Below, one piece after another: positions 39,618-51,000 of a stretch of 64,000 nt of DNA. The position numbers and the translations under genes are program-made. Numbering within the stretch: the stretch's first letter is position 1; the number at the start of each line of letters is the position of its first letter. A model generated the notes under the pieces. The model ran no database searches and had not been told where the DNA came from. It saw only the letters and a program-made list of their open reading frames with translations. The stretch comes from Diplonema japonicum (taxonomy: Eukaryota; Protista; Euglenozoa: Diplonemea): NCBI GenBank assembly GCA_964019335.1, contig OZ025710.1, positions 62,001 to 126,000 on the forward strand, read 5' to 3'.

Positions 39618-42506
39618 TCAACCATCAGGGAAAAGTGCCAGGGTATGGACCATATCCTCCAGTTCATTCTCGATGGCAAGATTCATCAGCTCCAGCTCCT
39701 CCGAGGTGGTCTTCGATTGCTTTGGTTTGGGTTTTACAAAATAGCGGACAGCGGTAGAGTTGTTTGACAGCACACTATACATCGCAGCATTTCGGGACTG
39801 CGCGCATCGCGGTGAGAGAGGGGCAGAGTATGTCTCTACTAGCTTTCTGATAGCATCTAAATGACCTGCGTTGGCAGCAGCCATCAGAGGTGTCTTGCCC
39901 TCCGCATCTACGGTATCCACTGCCACCCCACAGTCAACAAGCATGTCTATGCATTTGCAGGCTCCGTGCTGTGCCGCCACGTGCATGAGCGTTTCTCCAT
40001 TTTTCGTCTTCTCTTTCAACAGTTTGTTCAGCAGTTCCAGTGGTGCGATTAACATCTCGAATATCCCACGGGCATCGCTTTTCAACACCGCCTCCGCCAC
40101 CACCCACTTCCCTTCTTGTTCCTTCCACACTTGCAATAGTATCTTCATGATGTCCATGTTGTCAGTTGTCGCGCATGTCTCTAGGAACGGTCCGATGGGA
40201 ACCTTCAGCTGCGCGATGAGCTTCTCCACTGCTGATGCCTTGCCTGCCTTCACTGCCGCATGTAGCGATTCGGCGATTTGTTCTTGTGTCGGGTTCAGCT
40301 GGCTCAGCACCTCTAAAACATGCATCGGCGCTCCCCGCAAGCAAGATATGGTCAGCGGTGTCATTTCCTCTCCGTTCGGGACCATGCCTTCCTGTGGGTT
40401 GGCCTTGTATGTCCCCAGAACCATTCTGAGTGTGGACAGGCAGCTGGACCTTGCCGCAACATGCGCAGGGGTGTCCCCGTCTGTGTTGCGCGACTTGGCA
40501 TCGAAGCCCAGGTTGATCAGCAGCTTCACTGTGTCAACGTTGCCATGCCGCACGGCATTCATCAGCGCAGACTCGTTGTTCACATCCAAGCATTGCAGCC
40601 TTTCGTCCGGCTCCCGCAGTAGAGCAAAGGCCACTTTGTGTGCCTTCGCATAGTGCAGCGCGTTGCGCCCATGTATATCGACCTCTGTCTTGTCAAACCC
40701 CATCTCAAGCAGCATCCTGACAAGCTTTGAGTTCCCCGTCTCCGCCGCCACCGTCATCAGGGGCGTCATGAGCTTCCCCTCACTGGGCTTCGTTAAGTTC
40801 TCGTTCGCAAGCAACATTTGCATGATCGGGGTGCTTTTCACACGCAGCGACTCCGTGAAGGCCATGCGGAGGGAGTCTGCGTGGCTGCATCGCTCGACAA
40901 GCATCTCGACTGTCTTCTTGTCGTTGGCCTCGACAGCACGCAGGATGGAGTTCCCAAAGCTCACCCCTTCAGGCGTTCTTTCTACGATGAAATTCAACAT
41001 CGACTTGTCACGGAAGTCCGACGCTGCTTCCAGTAACCGCTCGTAGTCCAGGTTCACACCACTGTCCCACAGGGTGTACAGCAACTGCTTCCCCCCGTTC
41101 AGTATGATGTGCCTGAGAATATCGCACTTACCACTTCCATCCACTATAGCGCCCGCGCTCAGGTACAGCTTTGCATTATCAACAGCCCACTTAGAAGAAC
41201 ACGTTAGTGCGATCGGTGCACACCCGTTGTGGTTCCGCTGGTTGGGATCCACACCGTTGTCAAGGAAGAGCTGCATCATCTCAGGTGACGCGTGCTTTCC
41301 AGCCAACGCCAGAAGTGTGTTACCTTTAAAGTCAAGGGACATTGGTGCATCGGCTCGGAGGAGAGTGCGGGCGGACTCCAGGTGGTTGTTGGTGGTGGCG
41401 ATCGCAAGTGCTGACAGCCCGTTGATCTGCCTCGTGCCTGGGTAGGCACCGTTCCTGATGAGGATCTTGATGCCAATGAAGTCGTTGATCTCTGCAGAGC
41501 ACATCAGCGCGGTGGTGCCGTTGTCTTTTGCAAGATTAACAGAGGCACCATGTTGCAGGAGGGTGAGGAGGTTGAGGTGTGATGATTTTTTGTTCGACGC
41601 TGCAGCGATGAGGGCGGTGGTGCCGTCCTTTGTCTGCGCGTCGGGCTGTGCGTGGCCCTCTTCCAGCAGCATGCTGACGATCGTTGAGTTCCCCAAGTGA
41701 GCGGCCGCAATAAGCGATGTCAGACCCTTAAAAGTGCGCTGGTTAACGTTGGCACCCTTGGCCAGCAGGCACGACACGATTTCCTCGTTCTGGTTGTGCA
41801 CAGCATAGAGAAGGGGGAACATGGAACCTGCATTTTGAACGTCTACATTTTCCGCCTGATGAAGGGGGGCAAGGAGGTTCTTCTGAGCTGCCTCGAGAGC
41901 GAGGTTCGTCCGCACTGGGCTAGGAATGGTCTTGGGGATTCCTCGGAGGTCTAAGTGGTTTTTGAAAGTGGAGGGCTGTGACGCGTCTGGTGCAGGCTGG
42001 CCGTTCACCCCGTTCTCGGGGGCTTTGGTTTCCTCAAGAAGCTTGAGATTGAAGTCAGACCGTGCATCTTCGATCACCTGCTTCCGTTTTGCTTCGGGAA
42101 GGTCACCTATCGAAATTATGTACTGATCATTTTCAGAATGGCTCACCCCATGGTGGTCCTGCACAGTCCAACACGTGTGGCAAAGCATGTACTGGTGCTT
42201 CTTGGTGTAGCACAGCATTTCCAGCTCGTGAACTGGGCACTTCGGCATATCAGTGGTGACCCCTTTTACTATCATGATAATGTCCCCCGACTTGAACCGC
42301 TCTAGCCGTTCTTCGTTCGAGATCAACCGCCCCATAATGGCCACCCGCATGTTCGCTATTTCTTTTCTGTTGAAGTACTTTGGAAACCTCTGCACTACTT
42401 CTCTTAATATCTTGGACACCTTCTCTTTCACGGACACCTTCACTGTCCCGATCAGCTTCACCGGGTACTGCACCCGGAGTATCATGCAGCTATCCCGCGG
42501 TGGCAT
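39618..42506 (-). CDS. Ankyrin-repeat protein with N-terminal ubiquitin-like and B-box-like domains
   Basis: Many ankyrin units (GxTxLxxAA...GAxVN, GDTPAHVAA, GKTPLMAAA); B-box-like CPVHELEMLC...LCHTC...HH. Confidence 0.9.
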   Translation of the reverse strand: MPPRDSCMILRVQYPVKLIGTVKVSVKEKVSKILREVVQRFPKYFNRKEIANMRVAIMGRLISNEERLERFKSGDIIMIVKGVTTDMPKCPVHELEMLCYTKKHQYMLCHTCWTVQDHHGVSHSENDQYIISIGDLPEAKRKQVIEDARSDFNLKLLEETKAPENGVNGQPAPDASQPSTFKNHLDLRGIPKTIPSPVRTNLALEAAQKNLLAPLHQAENVDVQNAGSMFPLLYAVHNQNEEIVSCLLAKGANVNQRTFKGLTSLIAAAHLGNSTIVSMLLEEGHAQPDAQTKDGTTALIAAASNKKSSHLNLLTLLQHGASVNLAKDNGTTALMCSAEINDFIGIKILIRNGAYPGTRQINGLSALAIATTNNHLESARTLLRADAPMSLDFKGNTLLALAGKHASPEMMQLFLDNGVDPNQRNHNGCAPIALTCSSKWAVDNAKLYLSAGAIVDGSGKCDILRHIILNGGKQLLYTLWDSGVNLDYERLLEAASDFRDKSMLNFIVERTPEGVSFGNSILRAVEANDKKTVEMLVERCSHADSLRMAFTESLRVKSTPIMQMLLANENLTKPSEGKLMTPLMTVAAETGNSKLVRMLLEMGFDKTEVDIHGRNALHYAKAHKVAFALLREPDERLQCLDVNNESALMNAVRHGNVDTVKLLINLGFDAKSRNTDGDTPAHVAARSSCLSTLRMVLGTYKANPQEGMVPNGEEMTPLTISCLRGAPMHVLEVLSQLNPTQEQIAESLHAAVKAGKASAVEKLIAQLKVPIGPFLETCATTDNMDIMKILLQVWKEQEGKWVVAEAVLKSDARGIFEMLIAPLELLNKLLKEKTKNGETLMHVAAQHGACKCIDMLVDCGVAVDTVDAEGKTPLMAAANAGHLDAIRKLVETYSAPLSPRCAQSRNAAMYSVLSNNSTAVRYFVKPKPKQSKTTSEELELMNLAIENELEDMVHTLALFPDG

Positions 42507-42655
42507 CTTGCCCCCCCTAAGTGCCCTGTGATTGGGTGGTCATAGGAATGACGCTGAAAAAGAATTTTCTCAAATTGGGATAAAGAACGACATTCGCTTG
42601 AAGAGAAGAAAAAAAAAAGGAAAAAAAAAAGTAAGTCGGAGTAGGAAGGTTTAGT

Positions 42656-45016
42656 TTATTTGCTTTTTCTCTGCCGTTTTGCGGTCTTGCCGCTTCCTGT
42701 CGACAGCCGCTTCTGCTCCACGGACAGCCTTTTTTGATTCTTTGCGTGCATCGCCTCAACATCTGCCACTCTGCACACCTCGGCAGGGATACCAAGCTCT
42801 GCTAGTCTTGTCAACCAGATTTCTTGCTTGGTACTAAGGAAGTCACCAGGGCCCTTGACTTCTGATATCAGAATGTCTTGTGTGATAGGGTTCCACAAGA
42901 GGAGGTCGGGCATGCCGGAGAGTTGCATTTGTGTTGCGAATTCAAAGCACAGCCCGGCACTACGAACTGGGCCAAGACACACTGCTACCTGCAGCACTAC
43001 GGCACACTCTATGGACCAGTCGCAGTTGAAGGCGGTGACTCCATTGTGTTGCTCGTACTGCTCTTTGATGGTGCAAGCAAGCGTCTCATGCGTCCATGTG
43101 CGTATCTCAGCACAGCGTTCCTCAAACAACCCCTTCCTCGCCTCGAAGAAGGGTGAACTGAAGTCCATAGGCATCGACACAAATCTCGCCGGCATGTTGT
43201 CTACGAAGTTACTGAACAACACCTCCCATGTAAGTAGCGTGAAGATGAAGCGCAGCGTCCCTCCTTCGCAGTGGGTGCCGTTCCATCCTTCAGTTAAATG
43301 CCGGCATATAGCATGCTTCGCAGCCCTCTCCACGTTCCCCAAGGACGGCGGCTTCTCCGCAAAGGACTCAACCGACAACCCGCCGAAGTCGTTCTCGTCC
43401 TCCACAACAGTACTGCTTGAAAGGTCCCACATCGGCCACTTCGATCCCCGCCACTTCTTCCCCGTGACGTACCGAATCGTGGGAGTGGTTACATGAATGC
43501 TGAAGCTATTCCTGGGGTGTTCTATCGTTGCCTCTTTCTCTATCTTTCTGTATCTCCTTTCCAACCACAATCTATCCGATCCCGCCATGAAGTAACTCTC
43601 CTCTTCCGTCAGTGCCTGCTTCAGGTACTTTGCCGCGGCATCCTTTTGCTTGAGGTGTGTGGAGTTGATGACGAGACGTTGCCACAGCCTGCCCCTTCTT
43701 CGGGGCTTGAAGAGAGGGCAAGCAAGGATGAGCTTCAGGTAGGTGACAGCCAGAGTGTACTCCTTCGAAGATTCTAGGTAACCGATGGCATCGACAAGGG
43801 TCAGGCGGTGGACGTGAGCCGCACGGAAAATATTCGAAGGTGCTGTGAGAGTGGTGTGGTCAGAACCACAGCCGTTGCACACACCATTGGTGGTGTACTC
43901 CACAGGCAGGGGCTCCGCAGGTTTCGTATCAGATTCTGGTGCTTCACTTTCAAAGGAAAACAAGCTGCCGTTGTCGCTTTGCACGCTCTTTGCATCCGAC
44001 GTGAGGTCCACCTCGCACCGCACCACTGCAGCGTCCTCGTCGTCTAGCACTATGCAGTTCTCGTTCGCCACCTTTGCCGCCTCATCTTTGATCTCAACAT
44101 CCCTCTCCTTCTCCTTCGCACCTTCGGCATGCTTCGCAAGAGCCTTTGCGACCATTTCTGCTACAGGTTTCACCACATTCATGCATGCGTCCTTGTCCTT
44201 GCTCTTCTGTACTGCGATGCCCGCTGCTGATACTTTATGCAGCTGCTCCATTGCCTCCGTATATTGAGTGTACTTTGACTTTGTCCTGAACACCGGTGCG
44301 GTGTCACGGTCTCTCGCAACAGGCCACTTCTTCATTGTGTACAGCGCCATGGAGGGATGCCCGTTGCCCGTATCGGTCGTCTCGACAAGGAGCATTTCAA
44401 CAGCGTCTGAAGGGGACTGCAGGAGATACAGGTGGTGCGCTTGGCGGAAGATGGCGTGGAAAGCAACGGTGATCTTCATACAAGATCCCAAAGCAGAGGA
44501 GGTAAGCTTCCTTGCGGTGAGAGTGGCTTTGGAAGGCCCGTTTACGAAAGACAGACGTTGCTGGCCAGACTTCTGAGGGGTGTCGGTGAGAAGGCGGCAC
44601 AAATAGGTGAAAAGTGCCTCTTTGTGCATAGTGAGAACGCCAGGAACGCCACACTTCTTGAGGATGTCTTTGATGTCGGCAGCAGTCAGCACGGCAACGA
44701 GGTCGCGGGGCGGCTCACGCCATTTCACTGAGTCCCCTGTGTAGACATCAATAAAGTTCCCTTCTGCAAGGTCATGCATTGCTGTCTTTGGGTCGGCAAC
44801 CTTTTCATTGTTTGCCTTCTCCAACCGAACCCATATCTTCTTTCTTCCATACAGCCGTGACACCATCAGCTGTGCGTCGCTGTTCAAACACATGAACTTG
44901 TTCAGCACCGCCTTCTCCCCTGCATCAAACAATTCCCCATATTTCCCCAAGGCCTCACTCACCGCCTCCCGCACACGTTGCACTTGGTACGGTGTGTACC
45001 CATCGTCGTAGTCCAT
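42656..45016 (-). CDS. FAN1: Fanconi-associated nuclease 1 (VRR-NUC)
   Basis: Motifs RLYGRKKIWVR, RRRGRLWQRLVI, GTHCEGG...IFTLLTWEVLF and SGMPDLLLW...EVKGPGDFLSTKQEIWL. Confidence 0.9.
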   Translation of the reverse strand: MDYDDGYTPYQVQRVREAVSEALGKYGELFDAGEKAVLNKFMCLNSDAQLMVSRLYGRKKIWVRLEKANNEKVADPKTAMHDLAEGNFIDVYTGDSVKWREPPRDLVAVLTAADIKDILKKCGVPGVLTMHKEALFTYLCRLLTDTPQKSGQQRLSFVNGPSKATLTARKLTSSALGSCMKITVAFHAIFRQAHHLYLLQSPSDAVEMLLVETTDTGNGHPSMALYTMKKWPVARDRDTAPVFRTKSKYTQYTEAMEQLHKVSAAGIAVQKSKDKDACMNVVKPVAEMVAKALAKHAEGAKEKERDVEIKDEAAKVANENCIVLDDEDAAVVRCEVDLTSDAKSVQSDNGSLFSFESEAPESDTKPAEPLPVEYTTNGVCNGCGSDHTTLTAPSNIFRAAHVHRLTLVDAIGYLESSKEYTLAVTYLKLILACPLFKPRRRGRLWQRLVINSTHLKQKDAAAKYLKQALTEEESYFMAGSDRLWLERRYRKIEKEATIEHPRNSFSIHVTTPTIRYVTGKKWRGSKWPMWDLSSSTVVEDENDFGGLSVESFAEKPPSLGNVERAAKHAICRHLTEGWNGTHCEGGTLRFIFTLLTWEVLFSNFVDNMPARFVSMPMDFSSPFFEARKGLFEERCAEIRTWTHETLACTIKEQYEQHNGVTAFNCDWSIECAVVLQVAVCLGPVRSAGLCFEFATQMQLSGMPDLLLWNPITQDILISEVKGPGDFLSTKQEIWLTRLAELGIPAEVCRVADVEAMHAKNQKRLSVEQKRLSTGSGKTAKRQRKSK

Positions 45017-45237
45017 ATTACATTCCTTTGTTTGCGTTCATAAAAAGGAAGGGCGTGAAATGGAAAATATGACATGAGGGGGGACAGCCATAATAGTAAA
45101 AGAAAGGTTTGCAGTACAACAGATATTAACACCAAAGAGAGGAGGGGAGGGTGAGTACAATTAAAGAAAGAATGAAAATAGGGGGGGGGGGTGTCTAACG
45201 AATGGGGTTCTAAGGACGATACAGAAAACTGGAAGGA

Positions 45238-45505
45238 TCACTCACGGTAAATGTTTTCAAGAACACCGGTAAAGGCCTGCCAAGGATGGTTCTTGCCACT
45301 GTAGTTGGATTGGATTTTCCTTGCTAAGGGGGGCTTGCTGGAGGAAGAGGACGTGAACGATATGGGAGGGATGGAGGTGGTAGGGGTGCTTGGAACGGAA
45401 CCAGGACCCCACACGGTTGCATCTTCGCTCTTTGCAGAGGGGGGTGATATGGGCTGTTGCTGCTGTTGACGTTGATGCATGAGCTGCTGCCTTTGTCGTT
45501 GCTGC

Positions 45506-45548
<43 letters not shown>

Positions 45549-47952
45549 GATGTTGCTGCTGGTGTTGTTGTTGCTGCTGCTGCTGCTGTAGCTGGTACTG
45601 CAGCTTCTCGATCTCCCGTTGCTTCAATATAGTATCCATCCTGAGCTGCTCCACTTCTGCGTTCTGCACCTCCATAGCAGGCGGGGGAGTTTGCATCCCA
45701 TGTGTTTGCATGACATTATTAATATAAAACCCTTGCCCTTGCCTTCTTGTTGGGGACAGCTTCCTTGACTCAACAGGACACTGTACCTTCTTCGGCTCTG
45801 TTGCCACTACGATAGGATCCGGTAGAGGGGGCAGCGGCCTAGCCACCGCCCTTGTGTTCGGCACAACACGTGCCAAGTCCTCCACAACATACTTCGCAGG
45901 CGGCGGAGAGTCTTTCGCCGGGCTCTTCCACTCATCAGGCTGCTCATAAGTCCCTTCTTCACTGATCTTCATCAGCGATTGCAACACCGAAGGAGGTACA
46001 GGAACAGAGGTTTTCACCCCGTTGAAGGATTCCATGTTTAAGATGCCATCAGGCAGGCTGTCGCAGGTGCTCATGGGTGTGGGGTGCACCGACAGCTCCT
46101 TCAAAAGATCTGGGTCGATTTCCAACTCTTTTCCTTCGATGCTGAGGGTGCTCCTCCTGAGGGAGCTCTGCGGGGTAGGGTCGACCGCTGAGCAAGCCGC
46201 GTCTGCGAACTGCTTCACTGACTTGAAGAATTCGCCGTCGCTGCACACGGAGGGGTTTGTGTTCGTGCGGACCTCGCTGTCTAACGGCAGCACACCATAC
46301 CTGGCCTTAGCCCTGCTGGAGGTGCTGGGTGCTTTGATGTACTGTGGGAGCGAGTCTGTCTCCGTGTCATCATACATGAATCCTTCCTCCGTGCACGACG
46401 GCTCCTGGGGTTCATGCACCGGTGTGAATGTCCTAGACATTTGGCGCACTGGCCGTGGGCCAGCCTGAGTAGTTTGTGTCATCATTGGCTCCCACACAAC
46501 GTCCTCCGTCCTCACCGAGTTATACATTTTGCTGAAGAAAGCAAAGTCCCCATCAGACGGGTACCGTTGGTAGTCAACAGCCAGGGTATCCGGCTGCTTC
46601 TTCTTCTTCTTCTTCTTTTTCGGGCTTTTGACCGGCGGTGCGACCTTCTGCTCCGGTTCTTGCATCAGTTTCTGCTGCTGCTTGTGGCTTTCCTCGAGCG
46701 ACGACAAGGCGTTCTGCAGTTGCTGTATCTTAGCCTCCTGCTCCATCTGTGCGGCCCTGCTGCGTTCCTCCATTTCCTTCCTGATCTTCATGGCCTCAAT
46801 CTGCAGCACCCTGGCATGTAGAGTCGAGTCGATGTTGTCCTTCCCAGGTGGTGCTGAGTCAAACTTCAAAGGTTTCTTGATTTTTACAACCGGCGGGGGT
46901 GGCCCCTCTGGCTCAGGGAGTACCTCTTCCTCCTCATGGGCAAAGGACTCCTCTACATCAGGGATTTCCCTTGGAGCAGGGAGCTCCTCGGATCCGGGCT
47001 GGACGTAATTGCGGTCCTGTTCATGTTCGGGGTATCTGTGAATGATCATTGGCTGGGAGTCGCGGTTCGGCGCGGAGAGCTGCGGTGGTTGGCTGCATAT
47101 TTCCTCGAGTTCGTTGCCCATTTTCTCGAAGTCAGTCATCGGTCCTGTGGCAGCGCTGATGCCAATGCTGTGCGCTTGTTCAATTTGAGACGCAACTTGA
47201 GAAGGCTGCGGTGCATGGGGCATGCTGTTGTTGTTCGGGAGCATATGGCGGCTGACGAGGTCGTCCTGCACCTGCGGGGGGAAGGATGGGAGTTCATCGT
47301 CGATGATGATGCCGTTGTTGACAGAAGGTCGCCTCTGAGGGACGTTGATCACGGGTTGGATGGTCTGGTGGTACGAAGGGTCGGGGTACTGCTGTGGCCA
47401 TAAAGAAACAATCTCTGCCCAGGCATTTGCAGACAGCGAGATAGGCGGCGCCTCAGGATCAGCAGAAGAGTGGCATAAGCAAACACCTGTCGGAAGAACG
47501 TCATTGCTATTCCTGTGCTCCAGCAAGGCAGGGCCGGTGCTCCGCAGAAGGATCTCATACCAAACAGAGGAGTGGGCACTGAAGGCAGTGAACTGGTCGG
47601 CGATAGCGCAGGTGATGACCATAGGGAACTCCTTTGCCCATGCAGTTCTGAACAGTGTCAAGAAGTCCCTGTTCACGGTGAGGATCCTGTCGTCGCCGTT
47701 CCGCATGCTAGGTATCTCCCACGTGTCGATGTCCACAGTGGGCATGTCCCTCGCCCCGGGCACTACATCGACAAAGCGCTGCAAGCACTTCAGAAAGTTT
47801 TTGTCGGCAGGGAAATCATACGACCCGTCGTCGGGGGAGGTAGTCACATGCTTTGCTGCTTCTACCAGTGCCGCTTGGTCCAAGGCCATGCATGGTACCC
47901 TGATGGGCGGGCCTTGCGGCGGGCGCTGCTTAGCACGATCCCTCGTAGGCAT
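45238..47952 (-). CDS. Hypothetical largely disordered protein with polyQ tract
   Basis: 904-aa ORF; globular-looking first ~190 aa, then P/Q/S-rich sequence with short coiled coils. Confidence 0.8.
45453..45600 (-). repeat. CAG/CAA trinucleotide repeat encoding polyglutamine
   Basis: (tgc)n and (tgt)n runs on the plus strand. Confidence 0.95.
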
Positions 47953-48038
47953 TTTTAAGCGGCCCTGTGATGGTTGAAAAACAGTAGATTGAATGGCGGA
48001 ATGCGGAATAAATAAAATGAGTGTGTGATTGGTAACGT

Positions 48039-51000
48039 CTAGTTTTCTTCAAGGAAGGCAACCACAGGAGCGAGGGCGGCTGTGGCCTCGCGGGAGACCG
48101 CACCGTCAAGCATGTTGGTTAGGAAGGTGTTGATGACAGTGCGGAGGGAGCTGGCCATTACGGCAAAACTCGCGGGGACGGGAACCCAGAGCCACTCGTC
48201 AACCCATGCACCACGCTCACGATGCACTATGTCAAGGGAGGACGAGAAGATGAGCAGCACGGCAAGGGGGAGCACCGTGCAGTCTGTTGCAAAGGCCTTC
48301 GAGGTGTTGATGAGAGTGTGATACACGATGTACGGATGACGGGTCACTTTCACACTGCTCAAGGCACTCGACTGGTGGATGAAAACCTCGTGTTGTTTAT
48401 TCAGCCATATACTATGCGTCTGCAGCTCTTTCTTCACCGTTGCTACATTCGGGTCAAGAGCAAAACACAGTGCGGCCTTCAGCACATTCGGCTTAGCCTG
48501 GTTCCCGTTCCACCAGGCGTCTTCGGTGGTGCTGTCGTAGTTTTTCGGGATGAGTCCGCCGTCGCTTAGCGCAAAAGCCAGCTGCTTGCGGAGGTCTCGT
48601 ATCATCTCTAACACAGACACCGACACCATGTGCTTTCTGCAGTACGCAGAGCCCTCTCGGTTCTGCTTCGCACGGACCCACCCGTCGTACACCTTTACAA
48701 AGGCAAGGTGGTCCGACTGATGGTCCTCGCTGAGACGCTTCTTAGCTGCCGACGAGCCATTCATGAACGGTGACTTATACCCCAACACCGCCGCCACTGT
48801 CAGAGCAGGCGACACCACACCCAGAACTACACTGATAAGCAGCAGCTTGCCTATTTTGACGTCCACTGGCAGCCCTGCAAGGTGCTTCCCTAGCACTGTG
48901 AGCTGGTTCTCGTACATAGCACCCACCTCGTGAAGCTCAGACACCGCCTTCTCCACAGCAGGCTCAGGCGGGGGCTGAATGACCTTTGCAAGCATTTCAC
49001 TCGCAGACACCTCAGGGTACAGCACGAGGGAGTTCAGGCATATCTCTGTCAGAGGCACACGTGAGATTTCAGGTGTCTCAAAAGCATCGAGCGTCGAATG
49101 CCTGTCAGCGGTGTACAGTGCGAAGCATGTTCCGGGCTGCACACGACCTGCACGCCCCCTGCGCTGCTTTCCGTTCGCCTTCGAAATCCACGTCTCCTTC
49201 AAGCTGGACAACCCTGTGGTGGCATCGTACTGCGTCTGCTTCACCTTGCCCGTGTCCACCACGTACACCACATCGTTGACTGTGATACTGGTCTCCGCGA
49301 TGTTCGTTGCGAGGACGATCTTGCGTGTGCCTTCGGGTGGCGTCACGAAGGCTTGCTGCTGCTCTTCCTGTGGGATTGTGGAGTGCAGGGGGATAACCCA
49401 CCAGGAAGCTGACTTCTTAGACCCTTTAAGCATGTCGCGCACGTTGCAGATGTCCGCAAAGCCGCTGAGGAAGACAAGGACCGCACCATCTGAGCACTCA
49501 CTGTCGATGTACGTCACTGTGGAGACGATGAGGTCATAGTCCACCTGTGACTCGTCCAAGTATGAGATGTTCCTTCTAGTTGAGAGGCTGTAGCTCTCGT
49601 ACTTCTCCGACTTGTACCTCCTGTTGAGGGGGTCTGTCTCCCAGTCCTCGTCGATGATGTCGCGGTGGTCTTTGTGCTTCAGAGCCGCGTTGCTGTGGGG
49701 GTCGAGCTCGTACTGCTGCATGTCGTAGACATCTTCCAAGAAATGCGTCGTGACAGGAAAAGTGCGTCCCGATACGGTCACAATAGGACAGGAGTTGCAG
49801 TATGTGGAGAAAAGTCCGGGGTCTACTGTGGCGGACATGAGGATTACTTTAAGAGGCAGGAGGCCGTTGCTGCGGCGGTAAAAGGAGATCTCTCGCAGCT
49901 GCGAGAGCAGGAAGTCGATCTCAAGGGAGCGCTCGTGCACCTCGTCGATGATGACGTGCGACACATTTGCAAGGTGCTTGTTGCCAGCCAAACGTCGCAT
50001 CAGGATACCTGTCGTGCAGAAGAGCAGTCTTGTGCCTTTGTGGCATGTGGCATCGAACCTCACATGGTAGCCCACCCTGCTCCCACGCCCGCCAATCCTC
50101 TCCTCCCCCCTCTCGTCTGACACTCTTGTGGCCACTGACGTCGCGGCCAACCTTCTTGGTTGCGTGCAGATCACAAAAGACCTCCCGCCCTCTCCTGCAT
50201 CGATCACAGAGTCCAAAATATACTGCGGCACCTGCGTGGTCTTCCCACACCCTGTCTCCCCTGCCACGACCAGCATGTCTCGGTCTTTCAGGTGACCTAG
50301 GATCTCTTCCCTCACACCTGCAGCAGGCAGCCCTTCCCTCACCTTCCTGATCGTCTCAGGGATCTTTGCATTTTTTCTCTCGACGATCATCTCGTTGCTG
50401 ACCCTCTGCTCTTCATGGGTCAAGGGCGTGTCAGCACTGGGGACAGGCCTGGTGGAGTCGGCAGAAGCACGGTGGAGGGAGTACAGGCAATCCTTCGGCG
50501 GGGGTTGTGCGGGGTAGAGCGCAGCTATCTTGGAAGGGAGATCGTTGGTGCTGGAGCTGGAAGGCTGCAGCTGGTGGTTGATGAAGTACTCTCTCCATTG
50601 CTCCACGTTGGTCTCGGGGAGGAGGCAGAAGTAGGGCACAGTGTCGGTCTGCGAGATGGAGAAGAGCGCGTGACAAGCAGCCCTGTTGTGCCCCTCTACA
50701 GTGTCATGACTCGCCTCCGCCGCTTCATCCTCGTAAATGGCAGGAGAACCCTTCTTAGGGGTGAGGTCCACGGAGTAGATCTTTGAGCCTACCTCCTTGA
50801 ACCCCAGTCTGTACCCGTGTTTACTACAGTACTTCTGCAGCACTGTTTTTGGTTGCATAGGGATGTCTTGCGATGAGCGGAAGCCGAGTTCCTCAAGAAC
50901 CTTCTTCATCTCAGCGTCGGTTATGATGGGAAGCTTCGTGCGGATCATGTCCTCGCACTCCTCCTCCATGTCGAAGGGTATCGCCTCGTCGTCGTCTGAC

